43,488 bases of DNA, taken from Phoronis australis (taxonomy: Eukaryota; Animalia; Phoronida). The DNA is taken from positions 1 through 43,488 of the forward strand of contig NMRA01000928.1 in NCBI GenBank assembly GCA_002633005.1. Reading direction: 5' to 3'. The notes under the pieces were generated by a model that saw only the letters and a program-made list of their open reading frames with translations, had not been told where the DNA came from and did not search any database. The position numbers were made by a program, and so were the translations under genes. Shown in pieces: positions 24,373 through 36,613 of the stretch. Positions within the stretch are counted from its first letter, which is position 1; the number at the start of each line of letters is the position of its first letter.

Positions 24373-24702
24373 TTTACTGACATGAAAAAATGCAAAATAT
24401 GACTTTATAGCCAAATAGGTCATATCTCGGTAACCAAAGGTCACTGAGTGCAAATATTGCAGCAGTGTACTTTGGACCAGCATCCCAACACATGCACAAA
24501 TTATTAGTTCTGTATGAATTTTTGAGTATATAGTGATTTTTCATTTTCATATGGTTTTTATATGGAATCATTCTTAATATTTAATGTTTCTCACTTATTT
24601 TTGGGTTACCAATCCAGTTCAAACATATCCTTCAAGGATTTATCTCAGTGCATTGTGAAAATAACTGATTTTTCTATAGCCCAGAATTCTTTGTAGGCCC
24701 AT

Positions 24703-25338
24703 AAACGAAATGGACCCTACCTAGAAATGGTGTGTGACATAATTGAAGTTGAAGAATTATTACCCCCTCAATTTTCTGTGTAGCTTGATTCGCCAAATAA
24801 TCCCAATCAATAATTTTTATGAGCTATAAGTTTATTGGTCAGCAGTGAAACATGCTAAGACAAGTTTTCTTTTATTGAGAAGTCAGTAAATAGTTTACAA
24901 GAAAACAGGTGTTCTATAACTTGATAAAATATGAAAGCCAAAAACCTAGCATAAATGGAGCCACAGCTAGAATTCGTAAACATGTTTGTACAAACTTAGA
25001 CCAAAATCGCTTTCAAAATCTTCAATTTTTGAGCTCATCTACGAATTCAAAGTTGGTGCAGTACATATTCATGATGTCTAATGTAACTCTTAAAGACAAA
25101 ACAAATGGTCTTTAACTTGGTTAACTTTGAGAAGCAAACAGCTAACATGACTTTGGCCAATAATGAAATTCGCACAAATTCTACTACATAATCAAAACCA
25201 ATAAACTTATAGCTTCATAAAAGTTTTGATTGGGATTCTTTGGCGAATCAAGTTAACCTCCACACAGAAAATTGAGGGGGTAATAATTCTTCAACAATTA
25301 TGTCACACAACATTTCTAGGTAAGGTCCATTTCGTTTT
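24703..25338. repeat. ~140-bp imperfect inverted repeats (24703-24840 and 25197-25338), probably a foldback MITE
   Basis: aaacgaaatggacc.tacctagaaatg...aattattaccccctcaattttctgtgt...cttgattcgccaaa...gctataagtttattggt has its reverse complement about 360 bp downstream. Confidence 0.8.
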
Positions 25339-27241
25339 CACTTTTTCCGAATCTTATGAACTGAATTTCCTGGAAAAAACAAGGCTTTCGTGTTGAAGAA
25401 AATCACTTTTTGCAGGGTCACATGAATATAGAATAAAATGTCATTGCCTTTCCAAGCTGAATGGCGTTTAGCGTTTCGTCTTATGGTGACTCCCATTTTA
25501 GACGTTACCCTCTCTCGGTGGCGCGTTTCGGCCCTGGGGGAATTGTCCCTTTGCCCCTCTATAAACCTTCGACATGACACTGCCAAGTAGCCTATTTACG
25601 AGGAGAAGCTGAGATTACAAATTCATCAAAAACCCAAAATGTTTGTGCACAGCACAACAGTATCAAGATATTCGACCCGAACAACCAAAAAATATGAAAA
25701 AATGAAATAGGATTGACCGCCTTCGAAAAGGTGGAATTTTCAAGAACGTAAAGACCACCAAAGGACTGTTTCAGATGGTTCGTTATGAAATATTACTTTT
25801 TCCCATACTATCGCAAGAAAAGTACTTCTTTTGAAGATCCTTACTAGGAGTTGTTTGTAAGGAATTTGCACATGACCGTGTACTCCATGTATATCGAGCG
25901 GGAGTTCTTGTAACGGTGGCGATAGAAACTGAGCGAGTGGGTGGAAATAGTTTGGCGAAGTCGAATTTGTTTGCAAATAGTGGCTTCTGGGATAGCACTG
26001 AAGATTTGTCAGTTCATAATGACCAAGCTCGTTACCTGAAATGACAAGCCAAGTTGACGAGCCTAGTTTCAAGCAATAACGAATTGTCAGTTCTCTCGAA
26101 GCACTGAAACTTTCTCAGTTGTCTAAAGAACAGTTTCTAACTGACGTCTTAACGGTAGGAGATCTGAATCGAAATTTTTAAGGCAGAAGGTTGGTATATT
26201 GCCGATGTAGTAAACACGTCTTTGGACTGCATTTCCGTGACCTGTATTTGGTTGTCTCTAAGGGTGTAACCATGCACTGGGCCCTTGCAAACACCTCCCT
26301 TCTCAGAGGAACTGGTGTCCCATCGAAGGAACCTAGTGAAGTTTCAGCTGAGGACGTTGTCGCCTTCGGCCGGAGCTAAGACAAAAACAAATGTGCTTGA
26401 TTCTTTGCTTCATCTCCACTGTGCACGTCTGCAAATTCATTGAGGGCCTCTCTGTGCCACCTCAGGAAATGGCGTCTTGCAGAGATTCCACTTGTGCATG
26501 AATGCTACATCTGCTGTCTTTCCTTCAAAACCTTTCACTTTATTCAATACATTGACCCGCTTAATCATGTTAAATAATTACTTAAAATTCGAATCGTAAA
26601 CCCGATAACTGAGAAATGATCTGGGTTCTGCGCAGTCAAACAAAATTACGAAAACTGGTTTTCTTTTGTCTGCACAGAGGACACCCACTTGCGACTAAAA
26701 GCACATGATCCGAAATTCATAACACTTGATTTCGTTTTACCTTAAAAAGTAGTTCTTCGAATAAATGCACATGGGTCTAAATACACCCTCGTGTTCATAA
26801 CAAAATGGCGCCTTTGAAATGCGTCAGTTGACACCAAAGAAATACCCGGTTTTTCCTTGCAATATGTATTAAAAGTTCAGCAATATAAAACAATTGCGAT
26901 TGCACTGCAAAATCAACCTAAAAATGAATCGTTACATGAGAAGTCTAATATCAAATGACCGAATTACAGCGAATCAGGCAAAACTAGTAAAGCACGCGGG
27001 AGAAGCCCGATTGTTATTTTCAGGCATAATAATGCTTGTTTCTTTCCAGCAGTCACTTGACGTTGAAAGGCCTAAATGACTTAGAAGCTGCCTCGCTTAG
27101 GCCGACAGTCAACATACATTACAAGCCATGACCTAGGAAATCGTGAGATCAAACAAGTTCAATAGTCTTTTGAATTTTCCAAGAAAAAAATTGGAAGATT
27201 TTATCCATAATATCATGACCGGTTGATCAATGCAGTGGACT

Positions 27242-30216
27242 CTGATACGCCGTAAAATCTAACAATTTCGTAAAATGTAACAACTGTGGATGCAGATTAG
27301 GCCTACTTCTTGGTAACAAGGATGTTGATATTTAAATTCTTGTTTAGACGTGTACCAACTTCAAAAATCGATTATTTATGAACTATCAGAAAGCACTATA
27401 TAACTTTATCCATCTGTAGTTTGCCACCCACAAAGAACTGGACTCAGACCGCAATGTTTTACTTACATCTAAACGTGAGGAGGAAATCCATCGTGTAACC
27501 ATTTTTGCCTCTTGTTTTAAAAGAACTGGGGATCGTTCCACGATGATGTGTAAGTTCAAAAATTGCGTTAAGTTGAACTCCGGAGGCAGACATTTTTCGT
27601 GAACTAACGGCTGCGGTCACCGGTTCATTAGAATAGCTGGTAACGGACATACACTAAAACATACAACGACTTTATGTACTACGGGTCCCAATGTTCTTAT
27701 TTAAACCTAGTACTTTAAAAGAGTGAGTTGAACTAGGTTTCACTGAAAGTGGATAGTATGAAGCAAAAACGGCCAATGCCAAAGTCAGTGATGTTTAATA
27801 TGAGCTTTTAATTCAACGTATCAACGGGGCTAATAAACCAAATTCCCCTATCTGCGAGTTGCAACACAAAAATGGCGCCTCATGGGACACGTGACTTCAC
27901 GGCCATTAATAACAGAATGTCCAATCTTTTTGTTTATACACGTATGCCCTTCGAACTAACAAACATTAACCAAGTAGCAATTTTAATAGAAAAAGAAAGT
28001 GCATGCCTTTGTAGCCATCTTTTTTGGACTACTGTCCCTTTAAACTATCGACCCAGACCAAGCTTGGTCGAAATGATCATGTCATTTCAGAGTGCAAAAT
28101 ATTTTCTATTTCCCCGGCTAGGCATCCCATTTTTACGTNTATACACGTATGCCCTTCGAACTAACAAACATTAACCAAGTAGCAATTTTAATAGAAAAAG
28201 AAAGTGCATGCCTTTTTAACCATCTTTTTGGACTACTGGCCCTTTAAATTATCGACCCAGACCAGGCTTGGTCGAAATGATCATGTCATTTCAGAGTGCA
28301 AAATATTTTCTATTTACCCGGCTAGGCATCCCATTCTTACGTATACACGTCACAGTTTGACCTGTTGTTACTACTATTTCAGACAGGTTTGACATCAGAT
28401 ATTTCTCTCAGCCCGGCTTTTAAGCTGAATAAACACGCCACTGCGCCGCAACTTTTTAAACTATTGACTCGCCCGTCTCAAAGTCTATATTTGCTGTTGA
28501 ATTGAATAACTCCGTCAACTTCCCGGCAAATACATTTAAATGCGTACATATATTTCCTTCTACCGCAAATAGCCAAATACAATGTCATTGTTGTGCTTAC
28601 CAAGGGAATTGTGTTTACTGTAATGCAGGATACACAACTGGTTTATGGCCTGTGAGCGGCAACAAAAGATTGCAAGAACGCTTTAACAATAAAAAAATGT
28701 TACCTGATCCTGAAAGCCCCTTTCGTGTCGTGTTGAAATTGTACGCTATACATTTTTGACAATACCATAAAACTACTCATGTTAAAAACCATTGAAATCA
28801 CACAGGGTCACATCTATAAATTCGACCTGGCACATTTGATAGCATTTCTTTCACACACACACCGATAAAAAGGCGTCAGGTGTTAACAGTTTTCCTCCGT
28901 GTGCAAAATATCATGCAAACTCATGAAATATGACGTTGCTTTCGTAAAATGTAACAATGGTACATTTCTTGCAAGTGCATTCGACGTAAATTGTAACAAT
29001 CACATAAAATGTAACAACTTGTTACATTTTATGTGATTGTTACAATTTACTTAAAACAACCTGTTACATTTTAAGGGAGGCGTTGCAACGTAAAATGTAA
29101 CAATGACAGAAAATGTATTTGCTAAATTGTTACGTTTTACGGCGTATCAGGGCGCAGCCGTGATGTGAAGGCTAAGCTTGCCTGATGCAACCAAAGCTAG
29201 ACATATACTGTGTACATGTAGTTGGGCAATTGACGGGCAGTGGTGTCGTTTAAATAGCCGACAGTCGTCGACTGTTGCAATCATAGACATCTCAATACAT
29301 AGAGAGGGCGCGCGCCACTCAGATACGTGCAGCTCGCCTTGTCAATATGACGCCATATTGGAGAGTGCTACACAGGACAAAAATGGCGGAAAACACTGGG
29401 TGNTATACACGTCACAGTTTGACCTGTTGTTACTACTATTTCAGACAGGTTTGACATCAGATATTTCTCTCAGCCCGGCTTTTAAGCTGAATAAAACACG
29501 CCACTGCGTCGCCCCTTTTTAAACTATTGACTCGCCCGTCTCAAAGGCTATATTTGCTGTTGAATTGAATAACTCTGTCAACCTCTCGGCAAATACATTT
29601 AAATGCGTACATATATTTCCTTCTACCACAAATAGCCAAATACAATGTCATTGTTGTGCTTACGAAGGGAATTGTGTTTACTATAATGCAGGATATACAA
29701 CTGGTTTATGGCCTGTGAGTGTCGACAAAAGATTGCAAGAACGCTTTAACATTAAAAAAAAAAATGTTACCTGATCCTGGAAGCCACTTTCATGTCGTGT
29801 TGAAATTGTACGCTATACATTTTTGACAATACCATAAAACTACTCATGTTAAAAACCATTGAAATCACATAGGGTCACATCTATAAATTCGACCTGGCAC
29901 ATTTGATAGAATTTCTTTCACACACACCGATAAAAAAGGCGTCAGGTGTTAACGGTTCTCCTCCGTGTGCCAAATATCATGCAAACTCATGAATTATGAC
30001 GTTGCTTTCGTAAAATGTAACAATGGTACATTTCTCGCAAGTGCATTCGACGTAAATTGTAACAATCACATAAAATGTAACAACTTGTTACATTTTATGT
30101 GATTGTTACAATTTTCTTAAAACAACTCGTTACATTTTAAGGGAGGCGTTGCAACGTAAAATGTAACAATGACAGAAAATGTATTCACTAAATTCTTAGG
30201 TTTTACGGCGTATCAG
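27242..30216. mobile_element. Non-autonomous TIR DNA transposon with AAATGTAACA subterminal repeats (right end present twice, at 29150 and 30216)
   Basis: TIR CTGATACGCCGTAAAA ... TTTTACGGCGTATCAG. It splits a repeat whose uninterrupted paralogue lies at about 30772-30990. Confidence 0.75.
27935..28341. repeat. Tandem ~203-bp duplication joined by a single N (28139)
   Basis: 27935-28138 and 28140-28341 are near identical, and both begin tatacacgtatgccc. Confidence 0.92.
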
Positions 30217-30458
30217 GGCGCAGCCGTGATGTGATGGCTAAGCTTGCCTGATGCAACCAAAGATAGACATATACTGTGTACATGTAGTTGGGCAATTGGT
30301 GTCGTTTAAGTAGCCGACAGTCGTCGACTGTTGCAATCATAGACATCTTAATACATAGACCGGGCGCGCGCCACCCAGATACGTGCAGCTCGCGTTGTCA
30401 ATATGACGCCATATTGGAGAGTGCTACACAAGACAAAAATGGCGGAAAACACTGGGTG
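28342..30458. repeat. Tandem ~1.06-kb duplication joined by a single N (29403)
   Basis: 28342-29402 and 29404-30458 are near identical with scattered SNPs and indels, and both begin tatacacgtcacag. Confidence 0.92.
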
Positions 30459-31330
30459 CTAGCTCATTTTTGGGGGTCCTTTTTTGGTTTCTGCAGGACC
30501 CATTCCAGAGTGCAATTTGTCTTTCTTGGGTCATTCGGTGTTCAGTGCCGTACTATTGTTCGTTTCAAATGTTTTGGTTGGTACTGTACCTCGAATATCT
30601 AGTCTAGCTCATTTTTGGGCTCTTTGTAAGGCTCCCAGGGGTCACACCCAGAGTGCAGACAACGGCAGACGTCCATTTCTGTACATACTGAGGTGGACTT
30701 TAAATGCTCCCGTGGTCAGATGTTGGTACCTCGTTGATCTATGCTAAGTGCTCTGGGCTGCCGGTCTAAAATGCTTGCTTCTATCCAGCAGTCACTTGAC
30801 TTTGAAGTTGCCTCGCTTAGGTCGTCAGTCAACATACATTACAAGCCGTGACCTTAAGGAAATCGCGAGATCAAACAGGTTTAATAGTCTTGAATTTTTC
30901 GAGATAAACATTGGAAGATTTTATCCATAATATCATAATCTGTTGATCAATGCAGTGGGCCCAGCCGTGAAGCCTAAGCATGGCTGGTGATAAAAAAGGC
31001 TATGGTAACTACAAACACGTATTTTGACATTCAAAAATAAGGGGAGATTAAAGACTCAGATATTCACTATGAGCCGTGTGCCCTATGTCCCCGTTAAAGA
31101 GGAAGTTGCAAGGTCCAAGCCAATCTGAACAACAATATGGTCTAAATTCTAGGTTATATTTATCATTGCTATATTCTTAACATTAACTGAATTGTACCCC
31201 GCTATACAAAGTTATTTACATATTTAGTGTCGTGGTGTTGTAACGCCATCGTTGTAACGGATAATAGAAACGGCGCCATTTTCGTTCGTTACACATCTGG
31301 GACGTGGTGTTGGGGAACACAAAGGAAGCA

Positions 31331-33216
31331 ATGTGTGTCCAAGTGAGTACAGCAGCGTATATGAGAATACTTTGAACGATACAGGACGGACAGGTGGACT
31401 TTTCAGATGATTCCCACCTTTCGGACGTGGAGGTGGAGGTGACAGATCCTAGAGGAACAATATGTGTTCACAGCTTTTCTGTAGTGGAGCCGTTGTCCCT
31501 CGATCCCTTTCACGGCCCTTTCTCTGGTGGCCGAAGACTCAATCCCAGCGGGTTCGTCCTGTGAAAGTCAACAGGCTGAAGGTGCGCAGGAGTTGCGATT
31601 AGATGTTAGTGATTGGTAAGAATATTATCAATATGTATCCTACAACTGCGAATTATAACTTGGTCTTTTTTAATTCAAAAGTAGGTGCTTTACCAGTCCC
31701 ATATCCCCATTGGTGAATCGTGTTTCAGCCGTGGATAAATACCAGTTTCAAACTGGGATTTTTTGCATTATAGCAAATCACTCAAAAAGTGTTAGGTCTC
31801 TGATTATTTTTAGACAGTGTGGCTCTGTGGTTTGAATCCTGGCTTTCACTGGCATGCAATTTGAGCATTGAACAAAATTGTCTCTTACTTCTCCGAGGCT
31901 GAGCGGGGTGTTACTAGTGAGTGAATATATGTAAGCGAGGGAATGAATGAGAACCACTTTGGAATAATCAACTGTGAATTGTAAAGAAGAGGATGAAAGA
32001 ATTGCAATTTTATTATTTAGACTTTCTCACCTTGGTGCTGGGGAGGGCATAATTCTATAGGTTATAGAACAACTCATTTCATTTTCGTACTCAAGTCAAC
32101 TCGGACCTATATCAATCTACACATGTGTTCCAAAGGCGATGCTTGAAATGGAAACAACCATTTCATGTCGATGTACATTGACCCAATGTTGCTATTATTT
32201 ATAAATGAAATATGGTACATGGCTTGGTTACGAGTCGACTTGGGTAGGAACCGCCTGGTGAAGTTTTCTATAGAGTAAAGAGAGCATACCATTGGATTGG
32301 TGACTGCCCATATAGAATATCAAGAAGTTTTAATGTAATATTTAAAATGTGGGAGACCCTTTGAGTGGCAACACTGCTTTTCAAGTTGGTTTACCCCATT
32401 GTCACTGTCTAGTTTGATTAATGGTATGTGGGTGCCGATAGGATTCAGATTGGGAGAACAGGTCTCACGACTACATACAAAACAGTCCCCTCCATCAATT
32501 AATCAGGGCAACAACATTTTGTCTTAGGGTCAGCTAAAAATCAAACAACTAATGTCCATTACTATATCCCCTGGGCATGATCTACCACTGCCTTGGGTGT
32601 AGCACTATTCATTTGTGTGAAAAGTAAATATCGTTTCTATATATGATCAATTTGTACAAAAAATAAATAGGTTGTGATGTTCCAACCAATTTTCCTGAAA
32701 ACTGAAGTCGTATGCAGACCCCTCAATTTGGTAGATGCACTCTTGGTAAATTTTTCATTTCGAAATTTTGATGTTTACTGAAATAATGTATTACTGTTGA
32801 CACATCTTGCAGGTGCACCTGGGGCAACTGTCAGACAACCTCAGTTGTTGAAGAAAGAGTATGTTACCAAGAGGTTGACAAGGTTGTTGCAAAACTTGAT
32901 GAAGAAATGAAGCGTGACAACTAACACAGAAGAAAAAATGTATTGTGGAGCATGGGGGTTTAAACCTGTATACATCAATCGTGGTGTTTTGGAGACTGCA
33001 TGGTTGCAGTACAAAAGCCAATATCCTGATGGCTATGACAGACCCTTGGATAAAAGGATTTGACACGTGGCCTACAGACACTTCGTAAGATGGGTACACG
33101 GTCACTTAGGACGAACAGTCCGTGTTGTCATTCCAGCATGCGCAGTAGCCTGCATCAGAGCGTTCTACGCTCCGCCAGGAAATGAGGAAGACTTTGAGTT
33201 TCAAGGATTTTCTTAA
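31331..33216 (+). pseudogene. Two-exon KolX / P2RX7-ballast-like pseudogene (31331-31615, 32813-33216)
   Basis: Exon 1 is acidic and ends ELRLDVSD-TG|GTAAG. Exon 2 begins cag|G-TGC and reads CTWGNCQ...ERVCYQE...CIVEH.GF...VLETAW...I*HVAYRHFVRWVHGHLGRTVRVVIPACAVACIRAFY..P...FQGF*. Splice phases match; stops and frameshifts are present. Confidence 0.85.
31817..32018 (+). mobile_element. Possible degenerate tRNA-derived SINE in the KolX intron
   Basis: B-box-like ggtttgaatcc at about 31829 and an L2-like tgtaaag...ttattatt 3' end. Confidence 0.35.
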
Positions 33217-34311
33217 AAGTTTCACCCATTTATAGATATCAACAGTTGTCTTAGCCCTGGAATGCCAACTCCTCCACATGACCTATGTATTCTGTTACAA
33301 AAACTTGTGACTCGGGGACTAGTTTTATGTAATTCAAACGAGTTGCAAAAAGTTGTAGTGACAAATTCCATAGAAAGATCAAACATCGTAATAAACGAAT
33401 GCAATCGCAGTGCAACCTCAGCGGCATGAAATTGAAGTTGATATTCCATGAATAGACTTCTGTGGTTTTAGAATGGTAAATAATTGACACAGCGAGCAGC
33501 ATTTATTGATGCTCATCAATCTGGTTACTTATAATAACATGGTCACGACAAGTGTAATTTAACTAAGACTACATTATAAACCTCTAAACTCAACATCAGT
33601 TAAACTTATGGTTTACCTAGGTAAACAGAGGAATTTGTCTCATTGGAGCCCAGTTTGTGTGCTTGAAGTGAACACATTGAACAGTATGGCTGTTACATAA
33701 AAAATTAAAAGTTTTGAATCTGGGCCATAGTCTGAAGTCGAGACTGAATCTTCTGCCTTATGCAGTAGAAGTCTCTAAATTGGTAGCGCTTCAGTGGGAA
33801 CTTTAGAAAGGTTAGCATTAATTCCGCAGTAACGCCTCCAAATAACTCTAACTTTGATGAAATATCTCAGTCTCACTGGATACAACTTAGCGAGTTCTAC
33901 TGTAATTCAATGAGAAATCAAATAACACGACACAGCAACCACTGAATCTCAACCCAAAAGCTCCAGTATGCAATAGCTTTAGATGTCTATGACATGGTGT
34001 GAAAACACAAAAAGTATGCACATGAGTAGGAATTGGGAAATCTGGAGGGAGTGCTTATACCACTCACTCAAAAATTCCCAAGACAATGTTCGAATTCTGT
34101 GCAAGTGATTATTCTGTGTACAATTTAGATGAGATTGTCGCACGAAAAGACTGACGACCCAAACAAGTACCTTTTCACCCCCACTTAAGAAAGTCTTCCT
34201 TTACCGACCCACTGTATGGGACAGCAACAGTTTAGTGCAAATCAAATATACTTAAAAAAGCTATGCCGCAATATTTATAGTCATTGTATTGAAGAACCAT
34301 TGAAATGTTTC

Positions 34312-34459
34312 CAGGTGCGGATCCAGGATTTTGAGTTAGGGGGGCCAGGGCACGGTATTAGCCAGGATTTTGCCCGTCAGACATTCGCACCCCCAAACAG
34401 TCAAATGGAATCTGGGAGAATTTTAGGGGGGGCATGGCCCCCCTCTAAATCTGCCACTA
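34312..34459. mobile_element. Small hAT-like MITE with a 5-bp TSD
   Basis: GTTTC|caggtgcggatccag...ctaaatctgccacta|GTTTC with G/C-run internal motifs. Confidence 0.7.
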
Positions 34460-35283
34460 GTTTCAATATAAGAACATAGTATATCACTGGGTTTATCTAT
34501 ACAAATGGGACAGCCAAATACCACACACAAAAGCTTTTCACAATTTCCACTACTGGTACTATAAACACTCTGGCATTGCTATCTGTACCACTATCAAAAA
34601 TTTGATCTAAAACATTGGTAGTGACTGTTAAATATGTGACGGAAAGAAATTCCAGTGCTGTCCATTGACAAAGCACCAAGTCTGAATTTATCTGTGCCAC
34701 GGCATCCTCCTTGGACACATCTGGAGCACCAGCAGTCGTCATTGGAGGGGCACCAATTTCTAAGCGAATTTCAAGATCTCCAGCTTCTCTTTTGTTCCGC
34801 ACTAAGTGGAAGGTGTTCTCCTTTCATTTACATACTCTGAAAAGCACAACAGCGGCAATTCAAAAGTAAAAAAAAAAAATTTTGAATCCAGAGTTGTCCA
34901 TGATTAAAGTAAAACGCGATGACATCTAATTGCAAGTTTTCGCCTTCTTTTATAACCTTCAAGCAAATGCCAAAACTAGATTTTAATCCTGTTTTTTTGA
35001 AACAGACTACTTTAATAATCAAAATCTTGGAATTGAGTTACCATCCTGTTTTACTTTATTCATAGTCTGCATTATTTTCAAAATACATGCATCTTTTGAG
35101 ATCAGCTTTATTTGTTGTGGCTTTTAATTTTACTGATCCATTTATAACTAAATATCTTTCACGGAAAAACAACAGATTTTAAACACTTGAGAACTACGGT
35201 GATTGTGAAAAAAGATTGTCATTGTTCAGGCACTGAGAAAGCGTCATGAATTATTAGACATCAAAATTCTCAAGGTAACTTAC

Positions 35284-35529
35284 CTTTTTATAAGACCAGC
35301 TTCAACCTTCATTATGTGTTTGTCGTCAAAGCAGCCGTCCTCAAAATGGTCGGAGCATATTTCGGCTCCGACAGATGGCTGGCTCGACAGTCATTTTCAA
35401 AAGACGAGCAGAGCACACGAAAACCTGCCATTACGCAGCCAGATGCTTGTCTTTTTAGAATTTAAATGGGCTCATGCCTTCCACGTGGGTAGTGTTAAAA
35501 TAGTTAGCACACACACACCGATGCAGCAT
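35284..35529 (-). pseudogene. THAP-domain first exon of the Kolobok transposase (degenerate)
   Basis: MLHRCVCANY.N...FKF*KDK...W..FV...(frameshift) EICSDHFEDGCF..., with donor GTAAGT at 35283-35278. A possible further exon remnant lies at 34497-34837. Confidence 0.72.
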
Positions 35530-36613
35530 GGCTAAAACACGCCAAGGTTGAACGGTCTTTGTTCTTCGTGTACTGTGATATAATAGCAGTGAACTGCATT
35601 GTGGGATATGATCTGGTTTGTGTTCCCCAACACCATGTCACAGTGTCAAAGGTCAACTTTTCGCGCATTTTCTTATTTTCGCTTTTTTAAATAACTAAAG
35701 ATACAATTATACGATGATTTGAATAAAATACATCCAAACAGCAATACCTTGAAGATATTATTGCAATTTAACATACTTGGACCTTGCAAATTACACTTTA
35801 AAGCGATTTTGCTCGGCTTTGCCTGGGAAAGAGGTCCTTCATATCATGGCTGGCCAGTGAAAAATTGAAATTCTCAGGAACCAGGAGTAATAAGTGTTTT
35901 ACGACAGAGCCTTTGTGTATCTGTGTTCATTGCGATAAATCATCGGCAGAAGTTATACACGTAAAACGGTTAACTAATCATGATGATGGCTGGCCGGGAT
36001 TTGTGAATCCTACTTTTCCGGTAATCCTTTTGCCAAAAATCCCCATCCTCTGGTCACCTGTGACCCCATTATAGCCACTATCCCCCAATGTCACCAGTAA
36101 GACAGCATGCTGCAGGCAATTTAATATTGTGCATTTCTCCTGGCAAACATTGCTCATTAACTTTATTGATCATATTAATTCTAATCCATCAATGCATTTT
36201 TTCTGCACCCTGTGTTTCAGGTTGAGATGATTCTATTGATCCGATAAACGTTTGCATTAATAATGGGTCGTTGAGGCCTTTGAGCCAATGTTACAGCAAT
36301 GTAAAAAAATTATTTATCTTCATGACAATAGATGCAAAGTGCTTTAGAGCCATATGGTGTATGTGTACACTGTACGTATTGGCTGGTCAGACCTTGGAGC
36401 TGTCGTCCACCAAGTTTCAGTCACACTGGAGTACATGTAAGTGGATTGATTTGCACTGCGTGTTCACCCACACGATTGTAAGTTGTTTCAATACATTGCA
36501 GGAAACAGAATTGGGTGACTGAGGGTGCCCCTTTCTGGACGTAAACGTGGGTTGTAAGTGGAAGTAATACCGAAAGTAAGTCGGCCATATTTCCATATTA
36601 CTTTTACTCGGAA

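Larger units (their letters stand above)
14942..24573 (-). mobile_element. Sola3-type DNA transposon (degenerate), host to nested HERO-like and Kolobok insertions
   Basis: TTAA|GAGCAATTCCATATAAAAACCAGATG ... CATATGGTTTTTATATGGAATCATTC|TTAA, a 22/26 TIR with a GAG terminus and TTAA flanks. Transposase remnants lie inside. The pairing of the two ends spans the N gap. Confidence 0.72.
31098..35797. mobile_element. Kolobok-type DNA transposon, 4.7 kb, internally deleted (KolX on +, THAP-transposase remnant on -)
   Basis: TTAA|AGAGGAAGTTGCAAGGTCCAAG ... CTTGGACCTTGCAAATTACACT|TTAA (19/22 TIR), enclosing convergent KolX and THAP remnants. Confidence 0.85.

Noticed and set aside
23389-24483. Long ORFs of 296-355 aa in the ORF track
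   Set aside because: They are read-throughs of the N gap.
25740-26570. GC-richer, coding-looking stretch
   Set aside because: The frames I translated are interrupted and show no recognisable domain. It may be a TE remnant but cannot be supported.
28940-29150. Repeated AAATGTAACA motifs resembling a CRISPR-like array
   Set aside because: Irregular spacing, both orientations, eukaryotic context and no cas genes. They are transposon subterminal repeats.
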